Shown: one piece after another, positions 41,117 to 49,757 of the stretch | How the letters are laid out: every line of letters starts with the position of its first letter | Numbering within the stretch: position 1 is the stretch's first letter | Assembly: GCA_017443065.1 (NCBI GenBank) | Contig: JAFSPF010000079.1 | Coordinates: 11,326-75,325, forward strand | Source: Lachnospiraceae bacterium | GTDB taxonomy: Bacteria > Bacillota > Clostridia > Lachnospirales > Lachnospiraceae | Length of the DNA: 64,000 nt | Direction: 5' to 3' | Notes under the pieces: generated by a model | What the model was told of the DNA's origin: nothing | The model's database searches: none | What the model saw: only the letters and a program-made list of their open reading frames with translations | Program-made: the position numbers and the translations under genes

Positions 41117-41482
41117 TTATTTTACAGACAGGTTTTTTTCGATTACTATTTCGGCGCCGTCCTTACGGACATACACCTTCACCTCATCCGCGATGCTGGC
41201 AACGATGGATTTCTCCAGTTCCTCCAGGGCCGAGGTCTCCGTCGCGGTTTTTTCAACGCTCCCGCTCCGTTCCTTCACGTTTTTCCGAAAGACGGAAAGC
41301 AGCCAGGCGGCATCGCTCATACCGGCTTCCGGATTGCTTTGCCCAAGCGTACGGAACTGTTCCATGGACGGATCCTCCGGCGCCGCAGCCTCCTCCGTGA
41401 GCAGGCGGATCCGGAGTGCGTCTTTTTTGTCCGCCTCCAGATAGGTCGTAAAGCGTTCCGCCTCCGCCAGGGCTTCCTTCAT
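41117..41482 (-). CDS. hypothetical 121-aa protein downstream of rplL
   Basis: High GC3 in this frame, unlike the overlapping plus-strand ORFs. No terminator lies between rplL and this ORF. There is no RBS at its ATG (see the uORF finding). Confidence 0.55.
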   Translation of the reverse strand: MKEALAEAERFTTYLEADKKDALRIRLLTEEAAAPEDPSMEQFRTLGQSNPEAGMSDAAWLLSVFRKNVKERSGSVEKTATETSALEELEKSIVASIADEVKVYVRKDGAEIVIEKNLSVK

Positions 41483-41540
41483 GCCGATACCGCTGTTATC
41501 GATCGTGATTTTATCTGTCTGCAGGGCATTCGCTCCTTTT

Positions 41541-41918
41541 TTATTTGAGCGTGACTTTTGCGCCTTCCGCTTCGACCTTGGTCTTGATCTCCTCGGCCTC
41601 CGCCTTCGGCACGCCTTCCTTGATCATCTTCGGTGCGCCCTCGACGAGGTCCTTGGATTCCTTCAGGCCCAGGCCCGTGATCTCGCGGACCACCTTGATG
41701 ACCTTGACCTTGTTGGCGCCGACTTCCGTCAGCTCGACATCGAAGTCCGTCTTCTCTTCGGCCGCTTCACCGCCGCCGCCTGCTGCCGCAGCCACGACAA
41801 CACCCGCTGCCGCGGACACGCCGAACTCTTCTTCACATGCCTTTACCAGATCGTTTAATTCCATGACGGATAACTCTTTGATCGCGTCAATGATTTCCGC
41901 TGTGCTTAATTTCGCCAT
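41541..41918 (-). CDS. rplL: 50S ribosomal protein L7/L12
   Basis: [34 protein letters not shown]..., an Ala/Gly hinge and a C-terminal domain ending KVTLK. Confidence 0.97.
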   Translation of the reverse strand: MAKLSTAEIIDAIKELSVMELNDLVKACEEEFGVSAAAGVVVAAAAGGGGEAAEEKTDFDVELTEVGANKVKVIKVVREITGLGLKESKDLVEGAPKMIKEGVPKAEAEEIKTKVEAEGAKVTLK

Positions 41919-41936
41919 TTTGATTCTCCTCTCGTA

Positions 41937-42659
41937 TTATTCGGCGTCTGCTGCCGGTGCTTCTTCTTTGGGTTCTTCTGTTACTGCTTCTTCTGCTGCA
42001 GGTGCTTCTGCTGCTTCTTCAGCCGGAGCCGCTTCCTCTGCAGGCGCTGCTGCCTCTTCCGCTGCAGGTGCCGCTTCCTCTGCCGGGGCTGCCGCTTCTT
42101 CTGCTGCAGGTGCTGCTTCCTCTGCCGGGGCTGCCGCTTCGGCTGCCTCTTCCTTCGGTGCAGGTTCTGCGCCGCTCTCCTTCTGCTCCGCGATCTGCTT
42201 CACGACGCGCGCGAAGTTTGCGATCGGGGACTGCATGGAGCCGAGCAGCTTGGAAAGCAGTTCGTCCCTCGACGGGATCAGTGCGATTTCCTGAAGCGCC
42301 GCGGCGTCATAGAACTTGCCTTCGATCACGCCGCCCTTGAGTTCCAGGTCTTTGTTTGTCTTTGCAAATTTGCAAAGCACGCGTGCCGGTGCGGCAGGAT
42401 CTTCCGCGGAGACCGCGAGTGCGGACGGGCCGTTCAGCAGGTCCTGCAGCTGTGCATAATCCGTGCCCTCAAACGCGCGGGTCATCATCGTGTTCTTGTA
42501 AATCTTGTAGAACACGTTGTCCGCACGAAGCTGACGGCGCAGCTGCGTATCCTGTGCAACGGTCAGACCTCTCGCATCCACCAGAACCACCGCCTGCGCG
42601 TCCTTGACGTGCTCTGCGATTTCCTGCACGATCGGCTGTTTTAACTCAACCTTTGCCAT
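41937..42659 (-). CDS. rplJ: 50S ribosomal protein L10 with an atypical ~75-aa Ala/Glu/Pro repeat tail
   Basis: MAKVELKQPIVQEIAEHVKDAQAVVLVDARGLTVAQDTQLR... is a canonical L10. After the L12-binding helix it continues as EPAPKEEAAEAAAPAEEAAPAAEEAAAPAEE... I chose the ATG at 42659. Confidence 0.93.
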   Translation of the reverse strand: MAKVELKQPIVQEIAEHVKDAQAVVLVDARGLTVAQDTQLRRQLRADNVFYKIYKNTMMTRAFEGTDYAQLQDLLNGPSALAVSAEDPAAPARVLCKFAKTNKDLELKGGVIEGKFYDAAALQEIALIPSRDELLSKLLGSMQSPIANFARVVKQIAEQKESGAEPAPKEEAAEAAAPAEEAAPAAEEAAAPAEEAAPAAEEAAAPAEEAAPAEEAAEAPAAEEAVTEEPKEEAPAADAE

Positions 42660-42880
42660 GTTCGTTTTCTCTCCTTTCCTGCGCAATGCGCAAAGTCTGT
42701 TTCAGGAGACTGTTTCCTTCATAAAGAAAACGCCCCTGTATGTTCCAAAGACATACGGAGGCTGTTGCATACAAATAAACTGTATTCCCTCACCTCGGCT
42801 GGCGCGGCTCTCACCGTCTTACGACTTTCGTCACCTGCTGTCTTCGGCATGGTCTTTTCAGACCGCTATTTACATTACCA
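42660..42880 (-). promoter_or_regulatory. long rplJ 5' leader (candidate L10-leader autoregulatory RNA)
   Basis: About 200 nt of ORF-free, structured-looking sequence sits upstream of rplJ. The call comes from position and from known L10(L12)4 autoregulation in Firmicutes. I did not verify the motif. Confidence 0.35.
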
Positions 42881-42953
42881 CTTTTCCGTCCGCTTTGTCA
42901 AGCGCACTTCTAAATCGATGTTTATATTTATTAACTATTTATTAAATTTATAT

Positions 42954-42982
42954 TGACAGTTTGGCGTTGTTGTGTTACAGTA
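42954..42982 (+). promoter_or_regulatory. candidate sigma-70 promoter at the left edge of the AT-rich block
   Basis: TTGACA, a 17-nt spacer, then TACAGT. A tandem 10-bp direct repeat TATTTATTAA (42926-42935 and 42937-42946) precedes it. Confidence 0.45.
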
Positions 42983-43072
42983 TGCACATCGGATTTCACT
43001 GTCATGTGTGACTTTCCTTGCGCATGCCCCCGGGAATACCAATCAGTAAAACCATTTGACAGGAGACTTATA

Positions 43073-43723
43073 TTGCATAACGAAAAATACAGTGTCGAAG
43101 AGAACAACAGAATCAAACAGAACCATGCAGAAGCTTCACTCTTTTTGAAAGAGTTGCAACACCTCCTGGATGGTAAGCAAGCCGCATTAAGCCGACCGCT
43201 CAGAGTCGGAACGATGCCAAATGCTCTTGTTGCATGTGGCGCAGAAAAAGACAGGACAGTAACAATCACAAAAAGGGTGATTGACAAAGCAATGCGGCAG
43301 GAAATCCGGGACCAATATGGCAAGCTGAGGGGACGAACCGGACACGGCATAACAAAGGAGCAACTGGTTGATGCTTTGATGGGAATAAAAACTCCGGTGA
43401 TAGTATTCCGTGGCAAGAGGGAAGATTCAATGCTGATTATCACTTCCGTTAAAGACAATATGGGGCGTAATCTGGCCGTGGCATTGGACCTCCGGCGAGA
43501 GGAAGGGTTCGAGGTTGTAAGCAGCATTCGAAGTATTCACGGAAGAGAAAACGTGGAACGCTTTATCAGGGACAGTATAGGCGAAGGAAGACTACTTGCG
43601 ATAAATATAGACAAAACTGACGATATGCTTCGTTCCATAGAGAAAAGGTATCTCAAGGAGAACACATACGCCAGCTTTGACGACAGTATAGCATATTCCA
43701 TGAATAGCGTCAAATATCACTGA
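43073..43723 (+). CDS. hypothetical protein resembling the short N-terminal module of phage/conjugative-element polyvalent proteins (MuF-C / PBECR-like)
   Basis: TTG start with AGGAGA six nt upstream. The pattern PLRVGTMPNALVACGAEKDRTVTI..HGITKEQLVDAL..PVIVFRG..DSMLIITSVKD..GRNLAVAL recalls that module. The family assignment is from memory only. Confidence 0.55.
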   Translation: MHNEKYSVEENNRIKQNHAEASLFLKELQHLLDGKQAALSRPLRVGTMPNALVACGAEKDRTVTITKRVIDKAMRQEIRDQYGKLRGRTGHGITKEQLVDALMGIKTPVIVFRGKREDSMLIITSVKDNMGRNLAVALDLRREEGFEVVSSIRSIHGRENVERFIRDSIGEGRLLAINIDKTDDMLRSIEKRYLKENTYASFDDSIAYSMNSVKYH

Positions 43724-43759
43724 GACAATTCGGGCTCCATCTTTAGATACCTGCATGTC

Positions 43760-44045
43760 TTAACAGATAGAATTAGTGCAACGGTTCAGTTTGTATTCAG
43801 CTGCTGCATTAGGTCCTCTTCGGAAGATGCCTGTCACCCGTTTTGCAGTCTTTTCCTCCGCCACATTCCTTTTACTCAGCCCGGTGATCCGGCAAATCTC
43901 GGGTATGTATTACGAATGTTTTGCCAGAATACCCTAAAACGAGACGCTCCGGTCAATACCGGGGTCGTCTTCCGGTCGTCTGCGCGATCGCCTGCTCCAT
44001 CTCCTCGATCTTCACGAACAGCTCCTTCTGCTCACGATAAATGAG
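43760..44045 (-). pseudogene. two short gene remnants (an HTH-like tail and a GC-rich coiled fragment)
   Basis: Minus-strand fragments read IPEICRITGLSKRNVAEEKTAKRV...* and LIYREQKELFVKIEEMEQAIAQTTG...*. Neither has a usable start. The second has host-like GC. A 14-bp direct repeat CAACGGTTCAGTTT lies at 43779 and 44100. Confidence 0.3.
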
Positions 44046-44106
44046 ATTACTACTGAATTCGTAGTATATGTACGTCGGCCAGTGTCTTATGAGTAGCTTC
44101 AACGGT

Positions 44107-45294
44107 TCAGTTTAGCATGGTGGCAAACGCAAACTCCATTGTGCCATCATCCTTATCAAGTAAAGAAAAAAAGAACAGACCGTCATATTCAGACAGCATA
44201 GTGACTTGTCTAAAACCCTTGTCACTATTCTCGAAAAGAAGTACATCCGGCAGATCAGGCAGATCATATACGGGTTTTTCAAAATCTTTTAAGGCCTCCC
44301 TCGGATAATAAACATTCACTTTAACCCCATTAATGATATTTTGATATTCATCCGCAATACTGATACGATATCGCGGAGAAAGTGTTTCATACATCTTCCC
44401 CGCACTGTCAGGTCCGACTAATAATCCCGGACTTTCATATATTGTTTCAACAGTAACCGCCTCTGCCGGCAGGTCTGTCAGCGAATAGAAAAAACCGTCG
44501 TATGATCCTAACCCATAATCGTGCAAGTGCCTTCCGTCTGTGTCATCCCTCAGGGAATAATCCATATATAAGCCAATTGGCGTCACATTGTTATACTCCA
44601 GCGAACCGCTCAGTTCCCTGTGATATCTTTGCCGGTCATCCTCGGAACGGAAAGAAAGACAGTGGATTTTCGAATGCGTGCCCTTTAACAATGACTTCCA
44701 AAAAACATCCTCTGTGACATTCTCAAACGAACAATTGATAAAATCCATTTTAATAATAAACCGTTCTTCCGCCAAAACAGTTTCTAAGTTTTGTCCGTCA
44801 TAAAAAGTCGTGAAGTGCATATCATAGATCTCCGACCCATAATCGCCCCTTGGTACGCCGTACCCTCCGTTGAAAGAAAACGCCTTCGGCGCCCCATACG
44901 TTTCAATTGCTTTCGCCTCAATGGCAGCCAGTATTTCCTCTCTCTGATAGTTATCTCTTGTTATTTCCGAAATTTCATCACTGTCCCCGTTTGTAAATAC
45001 ACCGAACTCCTTCTCATCCGTTCGCATCCGAACCGTAAGACGCGACGTTTTCTTTCTCGGGGAGATGACAGGAACGGGTGATATGATATACTCAAACTCC
45101 ACATCAACCGCCTCTGCCTGAACGCCATACTTTTCAAGTATATATCGTTCTGCATTCTTCATGGCCTGTTCCTGCCAGCGGCTTTCCTCCTCCAGACGTT
45201 TATTACTCTCTCCGTCCAGGGTGACAAGCCGTATGAAAAGCGCTGCCAATAATATGTAAAACACAACAACCGCAACTTTTCCCTTTGTATTCAT
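44107..45294 (-). CDS. membrane-anchored hypothetical protein, island family A (copy 1)
   Basis: N-terminal anchor MNTKGKVAVVVFYILLAALFIRLVTL, then KNAERYILEKYGVQ. Paralogous to the disrupted gene at 54789..55893. ATG at 45294 with GGAGTAAG upstream. Confidence 0.8.
   Translation of the reverse strand: MNTKGKVAVVVFYILLAALFIRLVTLDGESNKRLEEESRWQEQAMKNAERYILEKYGVQAEAVDVEFEYIISPVPVISPRKKTSRLTVRMRTDEKEFGVFTNGDSDEISEITRDNYQREEILAAIEAKAIETYGAPKAFSFNGGYGVPRGDYGSEIYDMHFTTFYDGQNLETVLAEERFIIKMDFINCSFENVTEDVFWKSLLKGTHSKIHCLSFRSEDDRQRYHRELSGSLEYNNVTPIGLYMDYSLRDDTDGRHLHDYGLGSYDGFFYSLTDLPAEAVTVETIYESPGLLVGPDSAGKMYETLSPRYRISIADEYQNIINGVKVNVYYPREALKDFEKPVYDLPDLPDVLLFENSDKGFRQVTMLSEYDGLFFFSLLDKDDGTMEFAFATMLN
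45207..45294. repeat. ~88-bp near-identical repeat encoding the shared N-terminal membrane anchor (copy 1)
   Basis: Nearly identical to 49372..49461, although the two genes diverge completely after the anchor. Confidence 0.85.
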
Positions 45295-45415
45295 TAAAAC
45301 TCTTACTCCGTTTCCCGGTCGTTCTGCCCGCCGGTTATCCTTCGTGAAACAATGATCTCCGCGATATGTGACAGGAAAACCCATAATACCGGCATTGCCG
45401 TCGGTATAAATGCTT

Positions 45416-46699
45416 TTACTCCGGACCCGCCTCCAGCGGCGTATAGCCGGTCTTCTTTATCAACTCCTGTCCCTGCTCCGAACAGATCCACGCTACCAGT
45501 TCCTGTGTTTCCTTCGATGCGTTACTTCTGGTGACCGCATAGAAATTTCCGCAGATCGGATAGGTTCCGTTTGCAATGTTTTCTTCTGTAGCGCTTACCC
45601 CTTCGAGTGGAAGTATCTTTATGCCGGAACCGTCCACCATCCTTGTCAGATAATAACGGAAGGAATAGCCGATCGCATTTCTATAGTTTCTGTAGTTTGC
45701 AACAGAAGATACCATCCCGCCCATACTGGCTGATACATTTTCGGTCTCCGTCACTCCCATTAACGGCGTATCGCCCATCACACGTTTGATTGCGGTCTGC
45801 GAGCCGCTGCCTTCATCACGTTGAAAAGCGCGTATTCTCCCCATACCGCTAACACCCAACTCTGACCAGCTTTTTATCTTGCCGGAATATATCCCGCGCA
45901 CCTGTTCCACCGTGATGTTTTCGATCGGATTGGACGCGTTAACAAAGAATACAAACGCCTCGCTTCCGATCGGTGTAAAGATGAGTTCAATCCCTTTTTC
46001 TTTTGCATACTCCATCTGCTTTTCGGATGCTTCTGCCACAAAGATGACATCCACATCCCCGTTTACGATCCGCCGATAAGCCTCTGTTGTTGTGCTGCAT
46101 GTCACCAGTTTTCCCCTGTCCGGCTGCGTTTCCTCCGGATACAGAACCTCCTCCGGATACAGCGCCTGCGCAAAGGATGCATAGACCGGATAAAGTGCCG
46201 TTGCGCCGTCCATGGACGGATAATTATCCGGAAAAGCAATCGTCGGCGCATCATCAAGCACCGCCAGCACGTTGTTCTCCGAATACGGGCGATATGAGGA
46301 AAGCGATTCTCCTTCTGACACAGTGGCGAGACTGTCGTTATAAATCACCCGGGCACCAAATGCCAGCGCCGTCACACACCACACCGCAAACAACACGGCC
46401 AATGCCAGCCGGAGCTTCTTCTTTTTGAAACCGCCGTAGATCAGGAATAACAACGCCACAATCCCCAGCCACACAACTGCGTGCGCCAGGAGGTTTGCAA
46501 GGACGACGTTATAGCGCGCACCGAATCCGCCACCCCCTACGATAAACAGGAGCATCAGACCAATGATACCTGCAACCGCAAACACTATGACGGTCAACAT
46601 CATCTTTCCGATGATCCTCATTTTTTTATTGTCCGAGCACGCGAATACGATTCCAAGAAGAATAAATGTAACTACAAAGATTCCTATAATAAGACCCAT
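45416..46699 (-). CDS. PstS-like (PBP_like_2) substrate-binding domain fused to N-terminal TM helices
   Basis: Four predicted N-terminal TM helices. Then SMDGATALYPVY, TPIGSEAFVFFVN, VRGIYSGKIKSWSELG and QRDEGSGSQ, which are typical of phosphate-binding-protein-fold domains. Confidence 0.75.
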   Translation of the reverse strand: MGLIIGIFVVTFILLGIVFACSDNKKMRIIGKMMLTVIVFAVAGIIGLMLLFIVGGGGFGARYNVVLANLLAHAVVWLGIVALLFLIYGGFKKKKLRLALAVLFAVWCVTALAFGARVIYNDSLATVSEGESLSSYRPYSENNVLAVLDDAPTIAFPDNYPSMDGATALYPVYASFAQALYPEEVLYPEETQPDRGKLVTCSTTTEAYRRIVNGDVDVIFVAEASEKQMEYAKEKGIELIFTPIGSEAFVFFVNASNPIENITVEQVRGIYSGKIKSWSELGVSGMGRIRAFQRDEGSGSQTAIKRVMGDTPLMGVTETENVSASMGGMVSSVANYRNYRNAIGYSFRYYLTRMVDGSGIKILPLEGVSATEENIANGTYPICGNFYAVTRSNASKETQELVAWICSEQGQELIKKTGYTPLEAGPE

Positions 46700-46785
46700 G
46701 CTTTACTACCTTTTTATTTTTACTATACCGTCCATCATCCTGATGAAGATCTCAAGAAGCATTCCTGCATCATCATTCGGCGAAC

Positions 46786-47538
46786 TCAAAATATCTCCTT
46801 TACCGCCTCCGTGAATTCACTTTCGCTCATGCCGATCTGCCCCTTCTCATAAGGGATGATCAGCTCAAACATGTCTGCTTTGATCGATAAGCTTGTGTCT
46901 CCCTTCTCACCCTTATCATACATCCACTCCTGAACTTCTTTCAGACGATCTTCCTCCGTCAGGAATAATACCAGATTACCCTCAAGCATTTCCATGTTTC
47001 TAAGCGCTTCTTTTAAACCATCATAGATCCGAGTTGCATCTGTCGGTTGGTCAGGGACAAAGAATACTTCTATGCGATACTTTTGATTACCCTTGCGTCT
47101 TCTTACATAATCCTCTATGCTGATCTCTGTATCCTTACACCCTTGATCTATTGACCCGATACGAAACGCATACACATCAAACAGCCCCGGGATCTTGTTC
47201 ATGTTAGACGATACACGTGCAGCTATTTTATTACATACGATACGCGAAATGTACTCATCACTTCCCCTGCTTCCGTCTGCTGTAATTGTCGCATTAAAAA
47301 GAAATTCCGGATGCGACTTTGCGTATGCCTTGGCATAGAACCAGTCCTCCCCTATATTTTGGGATCTGGCATTGACTACCATAAATTCCTCATTGTACTT
47401 TTCCTCAAGGTATTTTATGGTCATTTCCTCCCGTTTCTGTTCCGACCGCACGACAGGACCGCAGGCTGCAAGCATGGCAGATAAAGCGGTTGCCATAAGC
47501 ATTATTCCTATTCTTGTTTTACGTACATGCGGATTCAT
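46786..47538 (-). CDS. lipoprotein, island family C
   Basis: Lipobox LAACG. Post-anchor helix TIKYLEEKYNEEF, related to the motif in families A and D. Confidence 0.75.
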   Translation of the reverse strand: MNPHVRKTRIGIMLMATALSAMLAACGPVVRSEQKREEMTIKYLEEKYNEEFMVVNARSQNIGEDWFYAKAYAKSHPEFLFNATITADGSRGSDEYISRIVCNKIAARVSSNMNKIPGLFDVYAFRIGSIDQGCKDTEISIEDYVRRRKGNQKYRIEVFFVPDQPTDATRIYDGLKEALRNMEMLEGNLVLFLTEEDRLKEVQEWMYDKGEKGDTSLSIKADMFELIIPYEKGQIGMSESEFTEAVKEIF

Positions 47539-47586
47539 GTATGCTTTCCTCTTTTCACCTTCATGCAGTTTGTTTTAAACCACTCT

Positions 47587-48528
47587 TTATTCTTTTGCAT
47601 AATCGTCAATCCATATCATCCCAAAAGCAGCGTATGGATTGTTGTTGCGGATGATTTCTGCATTACCTTCCTCTATGTCAATCCTACATAACGTATATGT
47701 ATTAGCACTTGTCATTCCACGACCAAGCTCTTGATAAATAAGCTTCTTGTCATCCGGTGACAACGCATGAGCATGATCGACATATCCGCTTTTACAGATG
47801 AGACGTTCCGTGTTTTTTTCTATATCATAATAATACCATGCGACGCCGTCCACATTATATAGCACATCCCCCTTGGACGTAACCTCAAATTCAAAACACA
47901 TATCATTCTGACTCTGAAACAATTCCTTTATTTCACCAGTGTTAATATCCAAAATCGCAAAAGCTCCATGATCCGTTGAAAGATACATTCGGGTCTCATC
48001 GAGCCATCGATAAGGTGGATTTGGCGCATAAAAACCACGGGGAAATGTATCAACCAAAGAAAGTCCATCCTCTTCGTTATACAACCACAGATTCATACAA
48101 TAATAAAAACTGATACCTCCTCCCGGGCGGTATTCCACCCTCCACGGTGCTTCAAAATCCTGTTCTATTCCGCGCTCTTCACATGCTCTTACCAGTTCTT
48201 CTCGCGAAAGAAGATACTTCACTTCGTCTGTCATTAGATTATACTCTACAAGGCACCATTCTTCGTCGTCCACTGTCGCAGCTATCGCGTCATGCGTATC
48301 ATTTATATCTATTGAAACCAATAAAAAATCCTCATTGACCATTAACTCCGCCTCTGCTTCCAATAAAGGATTCGACATGATCAAATGACTTTTTTCTATG
48401 CCTGTTATTTCAGAAATGAATATCTTATCTCCACTCATCTTACCGTCCATGTTTTTAGCGCATCCCACAAGCAGCCCCAAAAGCCCTCCTATAATTATCA
48501 ACTTCTTAAATGCTGCTTTCATGCCCAT
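47587..48528 (-). CDS. lipoprotein with a TolB-like beta-propeller signature, island family B (copy 1)
   Basis: Lipobox LLVGCA. Motifs WRVEYRPGGGISFYYC and LSPDDKKLIY. Paralogue of 52454..53395. AGGAGGG RBS. Confidence 0.8.
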   Translation of the reverse strand: MGMKAAFKKLIIIGGLLGLLVGCAKNMDGKMSGDKIFISEITGIEKSHLIMSNPLLEAEAELMVNEDFLLVSIDINDTHDAIAATVDDEEWCLVEYNLMTDEVKYLLSREELVRACEERGIEQDFEAPWRVEYRPGGGISFYYCMNLWLYNEEDGLSLVDTFPRGFYAPNPPYRWLDETRMYLSTDHGAFAILDINTGEIKELFQSQNDMCFEFEVTSKGDVLYNVDGVAWYYYDIEKNTERLICKSGYVDHAHALSPDDKKLIYQELGRGMTSANTYTLCRIDIEEGNAEIIRNNNPYAAFGMIWIDDYAKE

Positions 48529-48723
48529 TCGCCCTCCTATACTATTCTTTTATCCGGCAAACAAAAAAGAACTATGGCATTGCAAAAGACATTGTGTTAA
48601 TGATTCAATATCCCGCATTGAAACCGTTTGTATATCCTTTACCAATTATACCCGTTAGTATGAAATTCTCTTATTCTATAATCAAATGATGTGTCCGCAT
48701 ATACGTCCATCGAATATCCTGCG

Positions 48724-49461
48724 CTAATACCCTCTTCTTCCATCTTGCCTTTGATATTTTTTTTTCAATTCGCGATAGTCCTTTTCTGTCATGTCGGGAG
48801 CAACACATTTGATCCATAGAGTATGTCCCGCACCTTTTTTTTCATTCAAAAACATCTCAGCCGTCAGCCCTTCCGCAAAGTCTTTTCCTTGCGGTCTGAC
48901 CCTTGACAGAATAACTTCTTCGCACTCGGGGGCTATCTCGCGCAGTTTTTCCTTCATGATACGTTCATAATCATCCTTGATGAACACGATATAGAAATTA
49001 TCTTCCGCTTTATACGGATAGTGACGAATGTCTTCCGCATACACGTAAACTCTGTACGTCTTCCAATAGAATTTGTCCGTTGACTCATACTCCTCCCGCG
49101 GCAAAAACTTGAACACCGCATAGTTATCGTCTTTATTCTGAACAGCTCCGCCGACAATCCTCAAATCGTATGACGGATACTTTTCCTTCAGATACTCTTG
49201 TGCATAATCTAATTGATACAGATAATGGCTTTCGTAATATATATTCGCTTTCTCTGTATGAAAAAAGTCCTTCAATATTTCCATATGTTCCTGTTTGAGT
49301 TCACGGTCGTATTCTCTTGGGTGTTCCATTGCGATAAATGCAGGCTCGGATTCTCCTTCGCCGGCACCGCTACTCTCGCCGTTCAAGGTGACAAGCCGTA
49401 TGAAAAGCGCTCCCAATAATATGTAAAACACAACAACGGCAACTTTTCCCTTTGTACTCAT
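48724..49461 (-). CDS. membrane-anchored hypothetical protein, island family D (copy 1); candidate immunity protein
   Basis: Anchor MSTKGKVAVVVFYILLGALFIRLVTL, shared with family A. AQEYLKEKYPSYDLRIVGG matches AKEYLNRKYPSYDFIILDG of 51488..52282. Lies immediately downstream of the WXG-like ORF. Confidence 0.8.
   Translation of the reverse strand: MSTKGKVAVVVFYILLGALFIRLVTLNGESSGAGEGESEPAFIAMEHPREYDRELKQEHMEILKDFFHTEKANIYYESHYLYQLDYAQEYLKEKYPSYDLRIVGGAVQNKDDNYAVFKFLPREEYESTDKFYWKTYRVYVYAEDIRHYPYKAEDNFYIVFIKDDYERIMKEKLREIAPECEEVILSRVRPQGKDFAEGLTAEMFLNEKKGAGHTLWIKCVAPDMTEKDYRELKKKYQRQDGRRGY
49372..49461. repeat. ~88-bp near-identical repeat encoding the shared N-terminal membrane anchor (copy 2)
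   Basis: Matches 45207..45294. Confidence 0.85.
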
Positions 49462-49492
49462 CTCACACACCCTTTTGTCCGTTAAACCGATC

Positions 49493-49735
49493 TTACATGA
49501 TAAGGTTATTTCTGAGCAGTACTGACGCCTGCTCATTTAGCGCTTCTCCCTCATCATAGATTCCTGCCATCTCCCGCAACTTCACCGGATATTCCTTCAG
49601 ATTGCTTAATGCCGTCTGCAACTGTTCTGTTTCCGCTTTTTCATATGATGACTGATAGGCTTCATGGGCATTCCCGATCCAGTACCCGACGGTTTTTCGC
49701 ACTGTTTCATAGAGCATTTCAAAGACTCCGGACAT
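49493..49735 (-). CDS. 80-aa helical protein with W-x-G and YxxxE motifs (WXG100-like / Lap-like candidate partner)
   Basis: The sequence ..TVGYWIGNAHEAYQSSYEK..LSNL..AGIYDEGEALNEQ.. is predicted all-helical. It begins 22 nt after the lipase stop. The RBS is weak. The W-x-G sits unusually near the N-terminus (residues 19-21). Confidence 0.55.
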   Translation of the reverse strand: MSGVFEMLYETVRKTVGYWIGNAHEAYQSSYEKAETEQLQTALSNLKEYPVKLREMAGIYDEGEALNEQASVLLRNNLIM

Positions 49736-49757
49736 TCGGCTTATCTCAGGGATTCAC

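Noticed and set aside
42931-43527. 198-aa minus-strand ORF
   Set aside because: It overlaps the plus-strand 216-aa gene, which has a promoter, an AGGAGA RBS and a domain-like sequence. The minus-strand product is low-complexity Ser/Leu/Arg.
49736-49757. Possibility that the 80-aa WXG-like ORF is a frameshifted continuation of the hydrolase gene
   Set aside because: In the 80-aa frame there is a TGA seven codons upstream of the ATG. The hydrolase frame ends with its own TGA. The two are separate ORFs as the sequence stands, although the weak RBS keeps expression uncertain.
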